DNA of 64,000 nucleotides from an uncultured virus (IMG/VR IMGVR_UViG_3300009155_005562). Lineage: Duplodnaviria; Heunggongvirae; Uroviricota; Caudoviricetes. Below the pieces are notes generated by a model. It made no database searches. It had not been told where the DNA came from and saw only the letters and a list, made by a program, of their open reading frames with translations. Below are positions 26,319 through 35,732 of the stretch, piece after piece. Within the stretch, counting starts at the first letter, position 1; each line of letters starts with the position of its first letter. The translations under genes and the position numbers were made by a program. The stretch lies in IMG/VR virus record IMGVR_UViG_3300009155_005562; one strand, written 5' to 3'.

Positions 26319-27265
26319 TTTTTACCTTTCCGTAGCTGCGATACATCAGCTGTTGCCGAAGCACCAATCGTAGCAAGGTCAATCAAACTACCACCGAAGA
26401 TATACGAGCCAACGTGCTGTAGCTTCATCCAAGGGCAGAACCAAACCTTAAGACCTGCCTTAGCTGCATGATAGCAGAAATTATAGTCTTCTGAGAGGTA
26501 ACGCTTAGACGATTCTTTTTCGTTGTCAACAATCTTCTTAGCTGCAGCTTGCAAACCTTCCTTGCCGTTAGCAACGTCTTCCAGTAGATCATGTAGAGAT
26601 TGATAGCTAAAACCCCGGTCGATAATACAATCGAAGTAGGCATGAATCTCACGTGTACCATCGAAATGCTCTGTACGGACATGGTCAGGCTTGTACGACA
26701 GGTATGGATAAGCTTCCTTATAGCGCTCAAATGCACGACGCTGAACCATCATAAAGCCTGTACCAATTTCTAGAACTTCAACCGGCTCACCAAGCGGAAT
26801 CTCACGTGTATTTGACTTTGGATTGAATACATAGTCGCCAACATAATTTTCTAGCTTGTTTGGATCCTCTTCAGCTACACCCTTATCAACTGCTTGCTTA
26901 ATCTTTTCCCAGGAAATACACTTCTTGGGATAAGGGCCGCCCATAACGTCATAATCACTCTCATCAGTCATAAGAGCAAGTAAAGCGAGAATGTCTTGAG
27001 GGTTAAACCCGATATCACTATCGATAAACATTAGGTGAGTTGCATCTGACCGCATAAACTCATCTACGCAATAGTTACGAGCTCTGGTAATAAGAGACTC
27101 GTTAAACAAGTAGTAAAGCTGCAAAGGGATATTATACTTTGCACACATTGCTGAAAGGTCAGCAATGCTACGTGTATACATACCTGCGCACTGACCACCG
27201 TACATAGGCGTAGCTACGAATAGCTTTTTCTTCTGTAATTCTTCAACTGCGATTTGGATTTGCAT
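26315..27265 (-). CDS. GT-A fold glycosyltransferase-like protein
   Basis: ATPMYGG, ESLITRARN, FIDSD (DxD), GTGFMM, LSEDY. Confidence 0.7.
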   Translation of the reverse strand: MQIQIAVEELQKKKLFVATPMYGGQCAGMYTRSIADLSAMCAKYNIPLQLYYLFNESLITRARNYCVDEFMRSDATHLMFIDSDIGFNPQDILALLALMTDESDYDVMGGPYPKKCISWEKIKQAVDKGVAEEDPNKLENYVGDYVFNPKSNTREIPLGEPVEVLEIGTGFMMVQRRAFERYKEAYPYLSYKPDHVRTEHFDGTREIHAYFDCIIDRGFSYQSLHDLLEDVANGKEGLQAAAKKIVDNEKESSKRYLSEDYNFCYHAAKAGLKVWFCPWMKLQHVGSYIFGGSLIDLATIGASATADVSQLRKGKK

Positions 27266-27765
27266 TACGATGCTCCATATTTTTTATCATGTTCCTTACC
27301 TACCCCATAGTCGCCGTCATATAGGTGTAGCGCCTCTGCATCAAAACTCAAGTACTGACCAATACGAGTACCCTTTTTAATTCTAGCAGGTCCGCACGTT
27401 ACATGCATTACCCCTGCCATAACACCACTATACCCTGAATCGTAAAGGCCAGAAGTAAGAAATACTCCATTGCGATTCAGCGTGCTTCGTGTAATTACCC
27501 ACCCGGCCTCGTTAGGGCCTACGGTGATACTATTCTTCATGATTACTTCATAAGAGCCAGGTTCAAGCTCGAAAAATCCATCTACATCCGGGTGAATTTC
27601 TGTCGAACCTCTATGAGTCTTACTATGGTTAGTAATTTCAAATACAGTATTACTTATTTTATATACCTTACCCAATCTCAAGTCTACTGCGTTCGGTTGC
27701 ACATCAGACTTAGAATCAACATGCGAAAGAGTTGTCTCTGAATGTCGACCGTAAACATGCTTCAT
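27265..27765 (-). CDS. Trimeric dUTPase / dCTP deaminase family protein
   Basis: PNAVDLRL, RSTLNRNG, YDSGYSG, RIGQ. Confidence 0.85.
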   Translation of the reverse strand: MKHVYGRHSETTLSHVDSKSDVQPNAVDLRLGKVYKISNTVFEITNHSKTHRGSTEIHPDVDGFFELEPGSYEVIMKNSITVGPNEAGWVITRSTLNRNGVFLTSGLYDSGYSGVMAGVMHVTCGPARIKKGTRIGQYLSFDAEALHLYDGDYGVGKEHDKKYGAS

Positions 27766-28442
27766 ACTTCATCTCCAAAAAAGTAAGGATTCTCAACCGT
27801 CTTAAAACTAAAGATCGGGCTTGCTGTCTTATTTTCAAAGTTCATCATCAACACTTTATTAGACTCAGTTGCCTTTGAACTCTCAAACTTCGTAGATGAT
27901 ACGTTAAGCTTATCATCAATAAACATCGGTGAAATTTCATTCCTAAACAAGTACATATTATTAGTTGCATAATATAGGCAACTAAAAGAACCATCAAGCT
28001 TGTCTAATGCATACCATCCGTTTGCATAGAGTTCAAGAAGCATAAGCATTGTATCCCATTTAATATCTCCGCTATGCTCCTGCAACTTCTTAACTACATC
28101 TTCCTTTAGAATACCATTATGCCAGAGGCATTTTTCATATACTTCATGCTTGACGTCCTTACTAACCTGGAACGTCGAAATCAAATCCATGCGCGCCGGG
28201 TGAATTGAATTAATACTATTTGACTCTGTAGTAGGTGCTTGAACATGAACCACTCCGTACTGTCTCTGCGGCACTTCTACCAAAGACAAATCGATATTAC
28301 CAAGACCTTGCTTGATTAAAGTAAGTGTACCGGTATACGTATCATACAGAGAGAACGAATACGAATGACTTCCTCGATAGGAATTTAACTTAATAAGCTC
28401 GTGTAGCTTTGTTGTATCAAATGAACCAATAATTGCGCACAT
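27762..28442 (-). CDS. Stand-alone class II (Ntn) glutamine amidotransferase
   Basis: N-terminal Cys (MCAIIG), RG, HNGIL, DT, GSFS. Confidence 0.8.
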   Translation of the reverse strand: MCAIIGSFDTTKLHELIKLNSYRGSHSYSFSLYDTYTGTLTLIKQGLGNIDLSLVEVPQRQYGVVHVQAPTTESNSINSIHPARMDLISTFQVSKDVKHEVYEKCLWHNGILKEDVVKKLQEHSGDIKWDTMLMLLELYANGWYALDKLDGSFSCLYYATNNMYLFRNEISPMFIDDKLNVSSTKFESSKATESNKVLMMNFENKTASPIFSFKTVENPYFFGDEV

Positions 28443-28485
28443 ATTATAATTATCCGTTGAGTTGATTAATTATAGAATATACTCA

Positions 28486-29238
28486 TTACTTAATCAACTT
28501 ATCCCACGGTATATCAATAGAATAATCTACCGGATCTTCTAACCCTGCTTTAGCGAAGTTAGCTATCCTTTCTGCACAAGAAGGACACTTACCGCAGCTC
28601 TCACCATCGTCTGATGGATTATAGCAAGTCAAAGTATACTGTAGGAGATGTTCTAGCTTAAGTTCTTTACAGATTTCGATCTCTTGATGCTTGCTGAGGT
28701 GACTGAACGGTGCAACTATCTTAACTTTATGTGTTCTATTCTGCTCCGCTACCGTATTAATGCTATCTACAAACCGTTGTGTTGTATCCCAATAGCCATA
28801 CTCGTCATGAACCTGTAGACCAGTAAACACATATGATGCATCTGTAGCTTCAGCCTGCGCAAGAGTAAGAGACAATAAAATCAAATTTCTAAAAGGTACG
28901 TACGTTTTAGGTTGAGGGTCTCCTAAAACGTCTTTAATTGTAGGCATGGCAACATCTGTACCACTAATATTAGCTGAAATAGGCTTAGCTATTTCTCCTA
29001 GAATAGATAGATCAAGAATTTTATGATCAATACCTAGCGATTCACATAGCGTTGTTGCGCAATTGAGTTCATGTTTCTGCTTCTGGCCATAATCATATGA
29101 GAGCGCAAATACTTTATCAGCCCCATATTTCTCTACCAGAAGCATGGTCATGATAGAAGAGTCCAACCCGCCTGACAATACGGCTAAAACGTTTTTATTA
29201 GTATCAGGTAGGCTACTAAGAGCATCACTTAGGTTCAT
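28486..29238 (-). CDS. queC: 7-cyano-7-deazaguanine (preQ0) synthase QueC
   Basis: LSGGLDS, YGQK, YVPFRN, TCY...CGKCPSC. Confidence 0.95.
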   Translation of the reverse strand: MNLSDALSSLPDTNKNVLAVLSGGLDSSIMTMLLVEKYGADKVFALSYDYGQKQKHELNCATTLCESLGIDHKILDLSILGEIAKPISANISGTDVAMPTIKDVLGDPQPKTYVPFRNLILLSLTLAQAEATDASYVFTGLQVHDEYGYWDTTQRFVDSINTVAEQNRTHKVKIVAPFSHLSKHQEIEICKELKLEHLLQYTLTCYNPSDDGESCGKCPSCAERIANFAKAGLEDPVDYSIDIPWDKLIK

Positions 29239-29425
29239 TTCGTTCCTTCTGCACTCTATGAATATAGACTACAGCATCCATTAGCTCTTCTTTAAGATGC
29301 TGTACCCATTGATCAAAGTTTAGATCGGTTCTTTCTGTTGTAACTCTGTACTTGTTATACCCGTGTAAAGATCTAGCAACGAACTCGTCACAAATTTCAT
29401 TAACATTCTTATCCGGTGAATCCAT
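29225..29425 (-). CDS. MazG-like all-alpha nucleotide pyrophosphohydrolase
   Basis: RS..G..KY...WVQHLKEELMDAVVY (EExxD). Confidence 0.6.
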   Translation of the reverse strand: MDSPDKNVNEICDEFVARSLHGYNKYRVTTERTDLNFDQWVQHLKEELMDAVVYIHRVQKERNEPK

Positions 29426-30354
29426 TACTGCCTCATCGTCTTTTTGCAGAAATTAAATTCAGACACCAAAGAGCCTGCATATTGATACAATACTTCTGAT
29501 GATGAAGCGCGAACCGGATTAATATCAATACCGCCACGACGTGTATACAAGCATGCAACTAGAAGCTCTTCTGGCTCTAGGATATCGTAAAGTCGCTTGT
29601 AAATACATTCACAAATCTCTTCATGGAAATGATTCTCTTTGCGCATGCTTACAATATATTGCAGAAGAGATTCTGGTGTAACTGCGTTTTTACCTTTAAT
29701 ATGAACGTACACATCTCCCCAATCAGGCTGATTAGTTACTCGGCAGTTTGAACGCAACGAATGCGAACGCCAACGCTCGTAACGCCCTATACTAGGAACA
29801 ACCTGTAGAATATCAGACCTTTCGGTATATTCGTCAAACGTTAGTTCTAGTATATTGCAATACGATTCGAGCGAAGTAAAGTCACCTTTAATAGGAATAG
29901 ACTCATCCACATGACCAATTGCAATCTGTACCCATACATCAGCACCGGTGGCTCTGCTTAGATGAGAAGAGATCTGGTCTTCGATCATCCATAGATCATC
30001 CGGGGTATCCATCAGCTTGGCCATATTATAAGAATTGAGATATAGCTTTACTGACTTTGACTCTACAATGTTAGGGCTTTTGCTATCGCAAACAAACTTC
30101 AACCAGCCGGAAATAGGAAATCCGTTCTTAAGTAAGGTTGAGAATTCATAAGCATTCCACGCATCGTGTCCGATGAAGGGTAGATTGTCGTCGTGAAGCT
30201 CATACTCAGTTCGATTAAGCTGTCTAGGCACAGATACCAGAAGCGACTCATCTACACTATCTGGTGTAACATAGGGCTTGACTACTGTCCCATCACCTGC
30301 GCGACCTAGGTGAACTGAGACAAGATCATTTAATGTTTTTTGATTATCACTCAT
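29425..30354 (-). CDS. queF: Bimodular preQ0 nitrile reductase QueF
   Basis: QueF motif ESKSVKLY, SNCRVTNQPDWG, FHEEICE, YTRRGGIDINP. Confidence 0.92.
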   Translation of the reverse strand: MSDNQKTLNDLVSVHLGRAGDGTVVKPYVTPDSVDESLLVSVPRQLNRTEYELHDDNLPFIGHDAWNAYEFSTLLKNGFPISGWLKFVCDSKSPNIVESKSVKLYLNSYNMAKLMDTPDDLWMIEDQISSHLSRATGADVWVQIAIGHVDESIPIKGDFTSLESYCNILELTFDEYTERSDILQVVPSIGRYERWRSHSLRSNCRVTNQPDWGDVYVHIKGKNAVTPESLLQYIVSMRKENHFHEEICECIYKRLYDILEPEELLVACLYTRRGGIDINPVRASSSEVLYQYAGSLVSEFNFCKKTMRQ

Positions 30355-30902
30355 ATTTTATTCATTTCCCTATTAATTTCTACTGCATTAAGTACAAATT
30401 GAACTCGCTCCCTCACCGTACCTTTTACACGATAGACTGGAATCTCAAAACGTGTAATGGCTTCGTCGAAGATATTTACTATACGTTCTCTAAAGAAAGT
30501 ATTAATAGAGCGAACACCATCATTTTTAATCTCGAACTCTGGTGCAATATAAAAAATCATATCATACCCACTTATCATTCGATTAAAAACAGTCTCAACA
30601 TAATCCATAGTATCAGACTTAATCTTGCCATTCTCTCGTAAATATCTGGAATAGACATAACCATCAAGTACTGTTCTATCTGTAATCATATGATTATGCA
30701 TAGAAAGATTAACTATATGCTGATTCATAATCAGCTCTTGTGTTGTATCAGTGCCTTCTTCGTTAATAGGCAGACCATATGATGCAACCTTTCTCGTCAC
30801 TTCACTGCAAACATCATAGGTTTTAAAGAACGGCTCTGAACGCAACGCATTCAATAGAGTCGTTTTACCAGTAGACTGTGCACCGCTTAGACCAATTCGC
30901 AT
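30351..30902 (-). CDS. P-loop nucleotide kinase-like protein (AAA_28/NadR type)
   Basis: GAQSTGKTT, ITDRTVLD, DGVR. Confidence 0.75.
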   Translation of the reverse strand: MRIGLSGAQSTGKTTLLNALRSEPFFKTYDVCSEVTRKVASYGLPINEEGTDTTQELIMNQHIVNLSMHNHMITDRTVLDGYVYSRYLRENGKIKSDTMDYVETVFNRMISGYDMIFYIAPEFEIKNDGVRSINTFFRERIVNIFDEAITRFEIPVYRVKGTVRERVQFVLNAVEINREMNKI

Positions 30903-31432
30903 TCAAATTTATCCTTAAAAAAAGCAAGCCATGAATGAAGAGAAGTAAGCTTCAGAGTATCGTATATCTCTTCTCGCGAGTTACAACTATTAAACACAGC
31001 AAACTCATAAAGTATCTCTCCTGCATCTACTTCAGGTGTAACCTTATGAATGATACTTCCAATTCTATCGTAAAGAGAAAGATTCTTTGCTACCACCTCT
31101 TGAGGATCTTTACCTTTAAGCTCCGGGTACTTTGTAATTAGTCCAGGATGCCCATTATACATTTCACGAGAGTTAACAATATCTTCATTAATAATCCTAA
31201 GATATCCATGCAGCGTATAGACTGTATCAGATGCGTCCTTTCTAATAAGCCGCATAATATTAGCATGCGTATTAGATACGACGTTACAGGTATTAATAAA
31301 AGGATGCCACGAAGCGTGCTCTAGATTATTAGTATATACTAGATCCGGCTTAATACCAAGCTTTGAAGAAATAGCAGATATCTCAGAACCTGTCTGAGAA
31401 AATAAAGCAACCCATCGCCTATCTTTAACCAT
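30887..31432 (-). CDS. PurN-like formyltransferase (candidate DpdN)
   Basis: LHGYLRII, NGHPGL..YP, GSIIHKVTPEVDAGEI. Confidence 0.8.
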   Translation of the reverse strand: MVKDRRWVALFSQTGSEISAISSKLGIKPDLVYTNNLEHASWHPFINTCNVVSNTHANIMRLIRKDASDTVYTLHGYLRIINEDIVNSREMYNGHPGLITKYPELKGKDPQEVVAKNLSLYDRIGSIIHKVTPEVDAGEILYEFAVFNSCNSREEIYDTLKLTSLHSWLAFFKDKFECELV

Positions 31433-32213
31433 TAACTATTGACCTAAAGCACTCAATATTATAAAAAATCTTGCTCAATTGCTCATCATTAATATCCGAG
31501 TTAATAAGCGTATAGAGCTTCTCGATAGGCTTATCTTCCAATCCTTTAATACCATTATATCGAATATCTTTCAAACCAGCAACTACAGGATTAGATGTAT
31601 CTAGAGAATCAATCCATTTATAGCCTCGATACACATCAAACTCTTGAGGAAGCCCGCAGCCTAGAAGGTGATGAGGCTTATTAATATTGATCACATTTGC
31701 AATATTAAGCATGTAATTAATTAAAGCATCTCGCCCGTACATATAGTGATGGTACTTCGTCGGGAGAACGCCATTAATCTCTTCGTTAACAAAGAAAGAG
31801 TAATCAAAAGAAATAGCAATCTTATCAACTAACGGTTCAATCTCTTGATAGCACCAGACTATTTCTTGAACGCTCTTACCTTGAACTACCCCGATAGACT
31901 TTTTACCTGCAAGATGTTGCCATTGCTGAACATTCTTAACTGTTTGCTGGGCGTCTTCAAGAACATCCGGAATAATATAATAAGTAGGATCTAGCTTCTC
32001 AATCCATTCACAGTATTTGTCTCTGTCAAAAGCAGTACCGAGCTCAAATACAGAATTGTCAAGTATTACTTCACGTTTCTTCTGCAATGCTCTTTCAAAA
32101 AGACTATAGTACTTCTCATTTTCTTCAAAAAGATGTACAAGAGCATAATCATAGTCGGTTACTTCTTGCACTTTATTAAAAATACTTAGAGGGGCTTCGT
32201 GGGCTATTTTCAT
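31425..32213 (-). CDS. TGT-fold DpdA-like deazaguanine transferase
   Basis: ILDNSVFE, IPDV, VVQG, HHLLG, SLDTS TIM-barrel motifs; located inside the que cluster. Confidence 0.7.
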   Translation of the reverse strand: MKIAHEAPLSIFNKVQEVTDYDYALVHLFEENEKYYSLFERALQKKREVILDNSVFELGTAFDRDKYCEWIEKLDPTYYIIPDVLEDAQQTVKNVQQWQHLAGKKSIGVVQGKSVQEIVWCYQEIEPLVDKIAISFDYSFFVNEEINGVLPTKYHHYMYGRDALINYMLNIANVININKPHHLLGCGLPQEFDVYRGYKWIDSLDTSNPVVAGLKDIRYNGIKGLEDKPIEKLYTLINSDINDEQLSKIFYNIECFRSIVNG

Positions 32214-32722
32214 TGCAGCTTCTTAATAAATGGTTCGTTTTTTGATACCCAGAGAATATAAGCTCCGTTCTTGACAAGCCTAGCTCTGTGCTTGTTCTTC
32301 TCTACATGCGCTCGCATTGCATCTACCTCATAGCAGTAAATGCTTTCGTAGACTAAATCAACACCGTAGATTTCACGGGCAGTAGTAGTATAAATCCAGC
32401 CGTTACGGGCTTTATCGTCATAGACTTCTACTCCTAGAAATCCTTTAAAGATGTTAGTTTTAACATCGATAGGATGCCCATCAACTGTAAAATCTATTTT
32501 CAATTTAACTTGACTATGAGGATCTTCTTTCTTTTCATATTCAATATTATTCTCTACAAGATAGCGCTCAACTACCCCTTCACCGCTATCCCCCTTACGA
32601 CCAGATTCACCGTATCTGCCTTCTGAGTTCTGATACCAAACCATATCTTTAAATATCTCACTTAAACATTTATGAATTAGATAATCAGCTTCTTTTGCCG
32701 ACTCTTCTGATAGTTTAGTCAC
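32210..32722 (-). CDS. PD-(D/E)XK nuclease-like protein
   Basis: GE..VE, IDF...IDVKT. Confidence 0.6.
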   Translation of the reverse strand: MTKLSEESAKEADYLIHKCLSEIFKDMVWYQNSEGRYGESGRKGDSGEGVVERYLVENNIEYEKKEDPHSQVKLKIDFTVDGHPIDVKTNIFKGFLGVEVYDDKARNGWIYTTTAREIYGVDLVYESIYCYEVDAMRAHVEKNKHRARLVKNGAYILWVSKNEPFIKKLQ

Positions 32723-32736
32723 TCTGCGTATTTAAC

Positions 32737-33420
32737 TCAACGGGGTGCGAATTCTTGTTGCAGCTTTACGTTATCAAAAAACTCTTTCTTTACATCTGCC
32801 TCTTTAAACTGGCCTTTAAGTACGGTTGTTTGAGTAAGAGATGAATGAGCACCAATACCTCTATTCTCACAGCACCCATGAGTAGCCTGAATATAAACCG
32901 CTACGTCTTTGCTACCCGTAGCACTTTTAATTTCGCGAGCAATATCGTTGCAGAGTTCTTCTTGCAAAGTTCCACGCCGGGCACACCACTGCGCAATACG
33001 CGTGTACTTTGAAAGCCCTATAACCTTATCCTCAGGAATAATACCAATATAAGCAACACCGGATACGGGCTGATGATGATGCGAACACATTGACTTTAAT
33101 TCGGACCTGACTACAAGCATCCCTTTGTATGCAGCATTACCTACGTTAGGGAACGAGGTAGCATCTGGTCTAGGAAAATATCTACCAGCCATAATTTCCT
33201 GAACATACATCTTAGCTAGTCTTTTCGCTGTTCCCTTTGAGTTTGGGTCATTTTCCCGGTCAATGAGCAAAGCATCCAGTACTCCTTCAAACGCTTTTGT
33301 AGCCTCTTCAATAATAAATTCACGATCTGCATCATTGAGAATTGAGGAAATATTATCACCGGCCCAATACCTTATCTTGTTGTTAATGAGTTTATTACGC
33401 AACAGTTCAGTATACTTCAT
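32737..33420 (-). CDS. folE: GTP cyclohydrolase I FolE
   Basis: SMCSHH, GLSKY, LQEEL, HGCCENRG. Confidence 0.95.
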   Translation of the reverse strand: MKYTELLRNKLINNKIRYWAGDNISSILNDADREFIIEEATKAFEGVLDALLIDRENDPNSKGTAKRLAKMYVQEIMAGRYFPRPDATSFPNVGNAAYKGMLVVRSELKSMCSHHHQPVSGVAYIGIIPEDKVIGLSKYTRIAQWCARRGTLQEELCNDIAREIKSATGSKDVAVYIQATHGCCENRGIGAHSSLTQTTVLKGQFKEADVKKEFFDNVKLQQEFAPR

Positions 33421-33422
33421 TA

Positions 33423-33890
33423 TTAACCTTCATAAAATGCTGAGTTACCCGCATGCTCAAATACTTCTACTGACCTTACACGCACGGTGGGGTTAAGTAG
33501 AGTTCCATTTTCTCTCCAGTCATCCAGCATTAATGCAAGCTGATTATAGGCAAGCTCCGCAAACCGCTCACAACCCACAGCAGGTACTACTCTAACATCT
33601 GCTACACCCATACCGTGCAGCTGCTTAAGCGTATTAAGTTCCGGATCGTCTTCTGCTAGAATTAAAGTATGGTCAAACATGTATTCTAGCCATTCTTTAA
33701 ACTCCTTCAGCCCACCAAAGTCCATAACCCAATTGCGGTCATCTAGACTATCACATTCAAACGTAACATGCACGCCAATAGAATATCCGTGCAAGAGACA
33801 GCAATGACTGTGAGTACTTTTCCATTGTCTAAAACAACAACTTAGACCTCGATCATTACCGTATGTCTTAGTACTATAAAACTTTCCCAT
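33423..33890 (-). CDS. queD: 6-carboxytetrahydropterin synthase QueD
   Basis: HC.LLHGYS, WVMDFG, FDHT, VEVFE. Confidence 0.9.
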   Translation of the reverse strand: MGKFYSTKTYGNDRGLSCCFRQWKSTHSHCCLLHGYSIGVHVTFECDSLDDRNWVMDFGGLKEFKEWLEYMFDHTLILAEDDPELNTLKQLHGMGVADVRVVPAVGCERFAELAYNQLALMLDDWRENGTLLNPTVRVRSVEVFEHAGNSAFYEG

Positions 33891-33891
33891 A

Positions 33892-34326
33892 TTATTTCTC
33901 CCACCAAAAATCAATCCAATCACTAAATTCTGATCGCCGTATTGTCATGTAATGGTAGTCTGGAACTACCGGCTGTTCTTTGTTCCATACTATCACTGCT
34001 ACATCTGTCTTGCCGTGAATCTCCATAAACGATTGAATAGTCTTACCCGTATCTAAAATTTCATCTACAAGTAGGACCTTATTTCTAGGATTATCGAGAA
34101 TATCCATCAATGTAATGGATGGCTTCTTACGGTCAGTGTCCCAATTGCTTGCTAGCATAGGGACATCGAGCTTATGACTTAGAATAGTAGCAGGTATCAG
34201 ACCGCCTCTAGTTAAGCCTACGATATAATTATACTTAATTTTCTTCTTTCTAATTTGCTCTACTAGTTCGTCTATGGCTGAACTAAACTCAGCAAATGTA
34301 AATTCATAGGTTCCTATGTCCCCCAT
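33892..34326 (-). CDS. Type I phosphoribosyltransferase (Gpt/Xpt-like)
   Basis: GLTRGGL, PRPP loop VLLVDEILDTGKT, WIDFWWE. Confidence 0.85.
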   Translation of the reverse strand: MGDIGTYEFTFAEFSSAIDELVEQIRKKKIKYNYIVGLTRGGLIPATILSHKLDVPMLASNWDTDRKKPSITLMDILDNPRNKVLLVDEILDTGKTIQSFMEIHGKTDVAVIVWNKEQPVVPDYHYMTIRRSEFSDWIDFWWEK

Positions 34327-35171
34327 GCGTTTCTCCAAATATCTACTTGCAATCGCGGAGAGTATCTCCACCCTAATTTCATAGCATGCTCTGCTACTTG
34401 TTTATTGTTTAAATAATAAACTTGCTCTGTACCACCAACAGGCATCAAATATACATCACCGATAAAGCCGCCGTCTTTAAATTCTTTAACTGCCTTTTTA
34501 GCATCTTCAATATCTTCTTCCGTCGCAACTACAAACTTAAGATAGGTATGACCAATACCTTGATAGTCGTGAACAATTTCTGGCTTGATAGCATCCTCCC
34601 ACTTCTCACCTGAGCATGGAAGTTTAGCTGATACTGAGAATGTAAGTCGATCAAAGTTACGGCCAAATCTAGTAAATTCTTCAAACAAGAAGTATTTAAA
34701 ATCTTCTGTTAAAGGTTGAGTACCGTTCGTTTCAAACGTAAGGTTTTCTAGATCGTAGATGAAATCAGCGCGCTTGATAAGATCAGGGAACGAACGCTGC
34801 CATCCTAGAAGAGGCTCTCCGCCAGTAATAACTAAATGCTCTTTTTTCCATTTTCGTTCTGGAAGCAGCTCAAAAATCTTTTGAGCAATTTCGTCAGTAG
34901 ATCGTACAGGACTAAGATGCTTAAAACGAGGATCCCAACTAGCATAAGAATCACATCCAGTATGAACCAGAGGAAGCTCTTCATAGAGTTTATAATTAGA
35001 AATTTGGCTAGCAACATTATCTCTCTCATCACTCAGCTGTCCTGGTGGCATGCCAAACCCGGCACATTAGAAGTTACAACCGAAAGTTCTTAAAAAGATT
35101 GAAGGCACACCTACAAAGCGCCCTTCACCTTGCAGGCTATAAAAAAGCTCTGCGACTTTAATTTTTGACAT
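34314..35171 (-). pseudogene. queE: Radical SAM CDG synthase QueE with in-frame TAA at codon 35
   Basis: MSKIKVAELFYSLQGEG...RTFGCNF*CAGFGM...GCDS, ITGGEP, FETNG; stop at 35067-35069. Confidence 0.85.
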
Positions 35172-35207
35172 TTTTCACTCCTAGTTAACGTGGAAGGGCA
35201 CGATAAA

Positions 35208-35732
35208 TTATATAGCTCGGCCAATCTGCTTTAGCTTCTTAACTTTCCTATCAAGAATCTTCTTTTGATTAAGAGCTCTTGTTAAATGAATTGCATTAGC
35301 TCTCTTAGTATAATCGATACCGTTTAAATGGTCAAGCTCATGTTGTACGCATCGCGCGGTCATTCCGATAAACTTTTCCGTATGGAATTCACCAAATGCA
35401 TCTTGATACCTGACCTTAATTACCGATGGTCTTTTAATTGGTAAGAATAAATTAGGATACGTTAAGCACCCCTCGTCTAGTTTTACTTCCTCAGTAGTCG
35501 AGTCAACAATCGAAGGATTAAATAAAGCTAAGGGCTCTACTGAATGTAGAACAAACACTCTGTAAGGTAATCCTACTTGATTAGCTGAGAGACCGATTCC
35601 TTTATTGTGAACCATAGTCTCGATAAGGTTATTAGCTAATTCAACTGGATGAATAGGTGGTTCAGTAAAGTTAAATCTCTCCAACTTAGTAAAGAGAAGA
35701 TGATGATCAGGTTTAACTAATTCATATATCAT
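35208..35732 (-). CDS. def: Peptide deformylase
   Basis: GIGLSANQVG, EGCLT, QHELDHLNG. Confidence 0.95.
   Translation of the reverse strand: MIYELVKPDHHLLFTKLERFNFTEPPIHPVELANNLIETMVHNKGIGLSANQVGLPYRVFVLHSVEPLALFNPSIVDSTTEEVKLDEGCLTYPNLFLPIKRPSVIKVRYQDAFGEFHTEKFIGMTARCVQHELDHLNGIDYTKRANAIHLTRALNQKKILDRKVKKLKQIGRAI

Noticed and set aside
34290..34326. Possible frameshift at the PRTase start (out-of-frame ATG AAT TTA)
   Set aside because: An in-frame ATG at 34326 with a GGAG RBS explains the gene
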